Shown here piece by piece: positions 62,734 to 64,000 of a stretch of 64,000 nucleotides of DNA. A program made the position numbers and the translations under genes. The notes under the pieces were generated by a model. That model searched no databases. It had not been told where the DNA came from and worked only from the letters and a program-made list of their open reading frames with translations. How positions within the stretch are numbered: the stretch's first letter is position 1; each line of letters opens with the position of its first letter. The stretch is from Hydrolagus colliei (Eukaryota), in NCBI GenBank assembly GCA_035084275.1, contig CM068753.1:8432001-8496000 (forward strand). Reading direction: 5' to 3'.

Positions 62734-64000
62734 AGGTTCCCTGTGACTCGATTAGGAAACATTGGGAGCCTGTTTCCTATTATACCTGTGGGTACATCGC
62801 TATACGGCTCCATGTAACATAAGAGCAGTTCTCTTCCAGCCACAATCACAAACCCAATCTTCAGCTACAATTATATAATGTTAATTTTTTTTAAAATCAC
62901 TAAATGGAAACTATGAACACTGATTTTTCCAATGAGCAACTCGTATATCAAGCAAATCTGCAGGTTTATTTGGATAGGTTCATTAAAGGGATAAACATTA
63001 GTCCTGTAGTAACCTGATGAGTAATCTCTGTTTGGCGGGTTTTGGGTCTGTGCCTATGTATACGTGATTCTGATTAAATTATTCCACCCGCTGACTTCAT
63101 GTAGAGAAATGGGATCCCAGGTTTTGGAGTATTGTGCTTTAAATGCAGTTCAGTAATTTACTGCAAAACTGCAATGCTGGTTTATGAACCTTGTATTACT
63201 GCAATACAAATCTTTATAGATGAATTGGGGAGGAGTTGGCCAATTTAGGGCTGGCATGGTTGTTAAACCAGAATTTGCAAACGCTTGCATTCATCAAACA
63301 AGTTACACATGTGCCTGAAATTTCATTTCTGAGATTTGTTGAATCTTCGTTTTCTCTATAATAATAAACAAGCTGTGGGGAATCAAGAATGTCCCTGGGC
63401 TAACATTGAGCATCTTGTTTGCATCTTAGATATTTCTGGATAGTATCTCAGTAACCAGACTGGTGATGAGGCTGCCTGCCATTGCTTGATGCTGCTTCTC
63501 ATTAAGATACTGAGCAATGCACCAGAGGTTTCTGCTTTGGTGTATTTCACTGTTTTTCCAAAAGTTCAGAGATAAGTTCCTGTGGAGTGTGATTCAGATG
63601 GAAGGAAGCCTTCGAACACCATTTTATTTGATCATGGGAGATCTTCTAATCCCATTTCCCTGCCTTTTGCCATATCCCCTAATGCTTAAGTGTCCTGTCC
63701 GTCTGTCTATTCTGATGATCCTTTTTGTTAGACTTCTTAGTCTATTGCCAGCTATTGCCCTGATGGTGGTATTCAGGCGTGAGACAACACTGAGAAATGT
63801 GCCAGAGGAATGGAATCCCGAGCTAGAGAGGCAACCATGGCAGAAACCAGGCTAGTTACTGTTCGATCAGAAGGAAAACAGGCAAGAAAAACTGGTCACA
63901 ACGTTTCAAACAAAATGAGCACAGGAAATGTGCAAAATTAAAAGCCTTACAGTTGCCCTGAGCAAAATGAACGATCTGGATAGCTATTCTGTTGTCCCCA

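Noticed and set aside
63517-63855. 112-aa hydrophobic ORF downstream of IARS1
   Set aside because: No recognisable homology or exon context; T-rich composition explains the hydrophobicity

Overview
Eukaryotic, vertebrate genomic DNA. The repeat content (tRNA/Deu-type SINEs with L2 tails, CR1 and Penelope remnants) suggests a cartilaginous fish, possibly a chimaera; this is inference. The window holds three genes. (1) The last five coding exons of NOL8 (+, 260-2489). (2) An intronless 192-aa gene on the minus strand (4907-5485) related to CCER1 and HEXIM. It has a basic arginine-rich motif, APRNTNQFLM (cf. HEXIM APYNTTQFLM) and FMQRDF (cf. HEXIM FLQRDF), but stops before the HEXIM coiled coil. 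(3) The complete cytosolic isoleucyl-tRNA synthetase gene IARS1 (+): a non-coding exon 1 near 7.5-7.6 kb and 33 coding exons from 9137 to 62020, all GT-AG and phase-consistent, 3795 nt encoding 1264 aa, with HYGH and KMSKR motifs. The IARS1 introns carry a young non-autonomous hAT element with a perfect 8-bp TSD, a Tigger-like MITE containing a promoter/first-exon-like cassette, and many SINE/LINE remnants. They also contain several antisense exon-like segments that may be a decayed nested gene. The main leads are the truncated HEXIM/CCER1-type gene, the antisense material in IARS1 introns, and an ATF4-type element in IARS1 intron 1. There is one 189-N assembly gap (7837-8025). All homology calls are from remembered protein and repeat motifs, not database searches.
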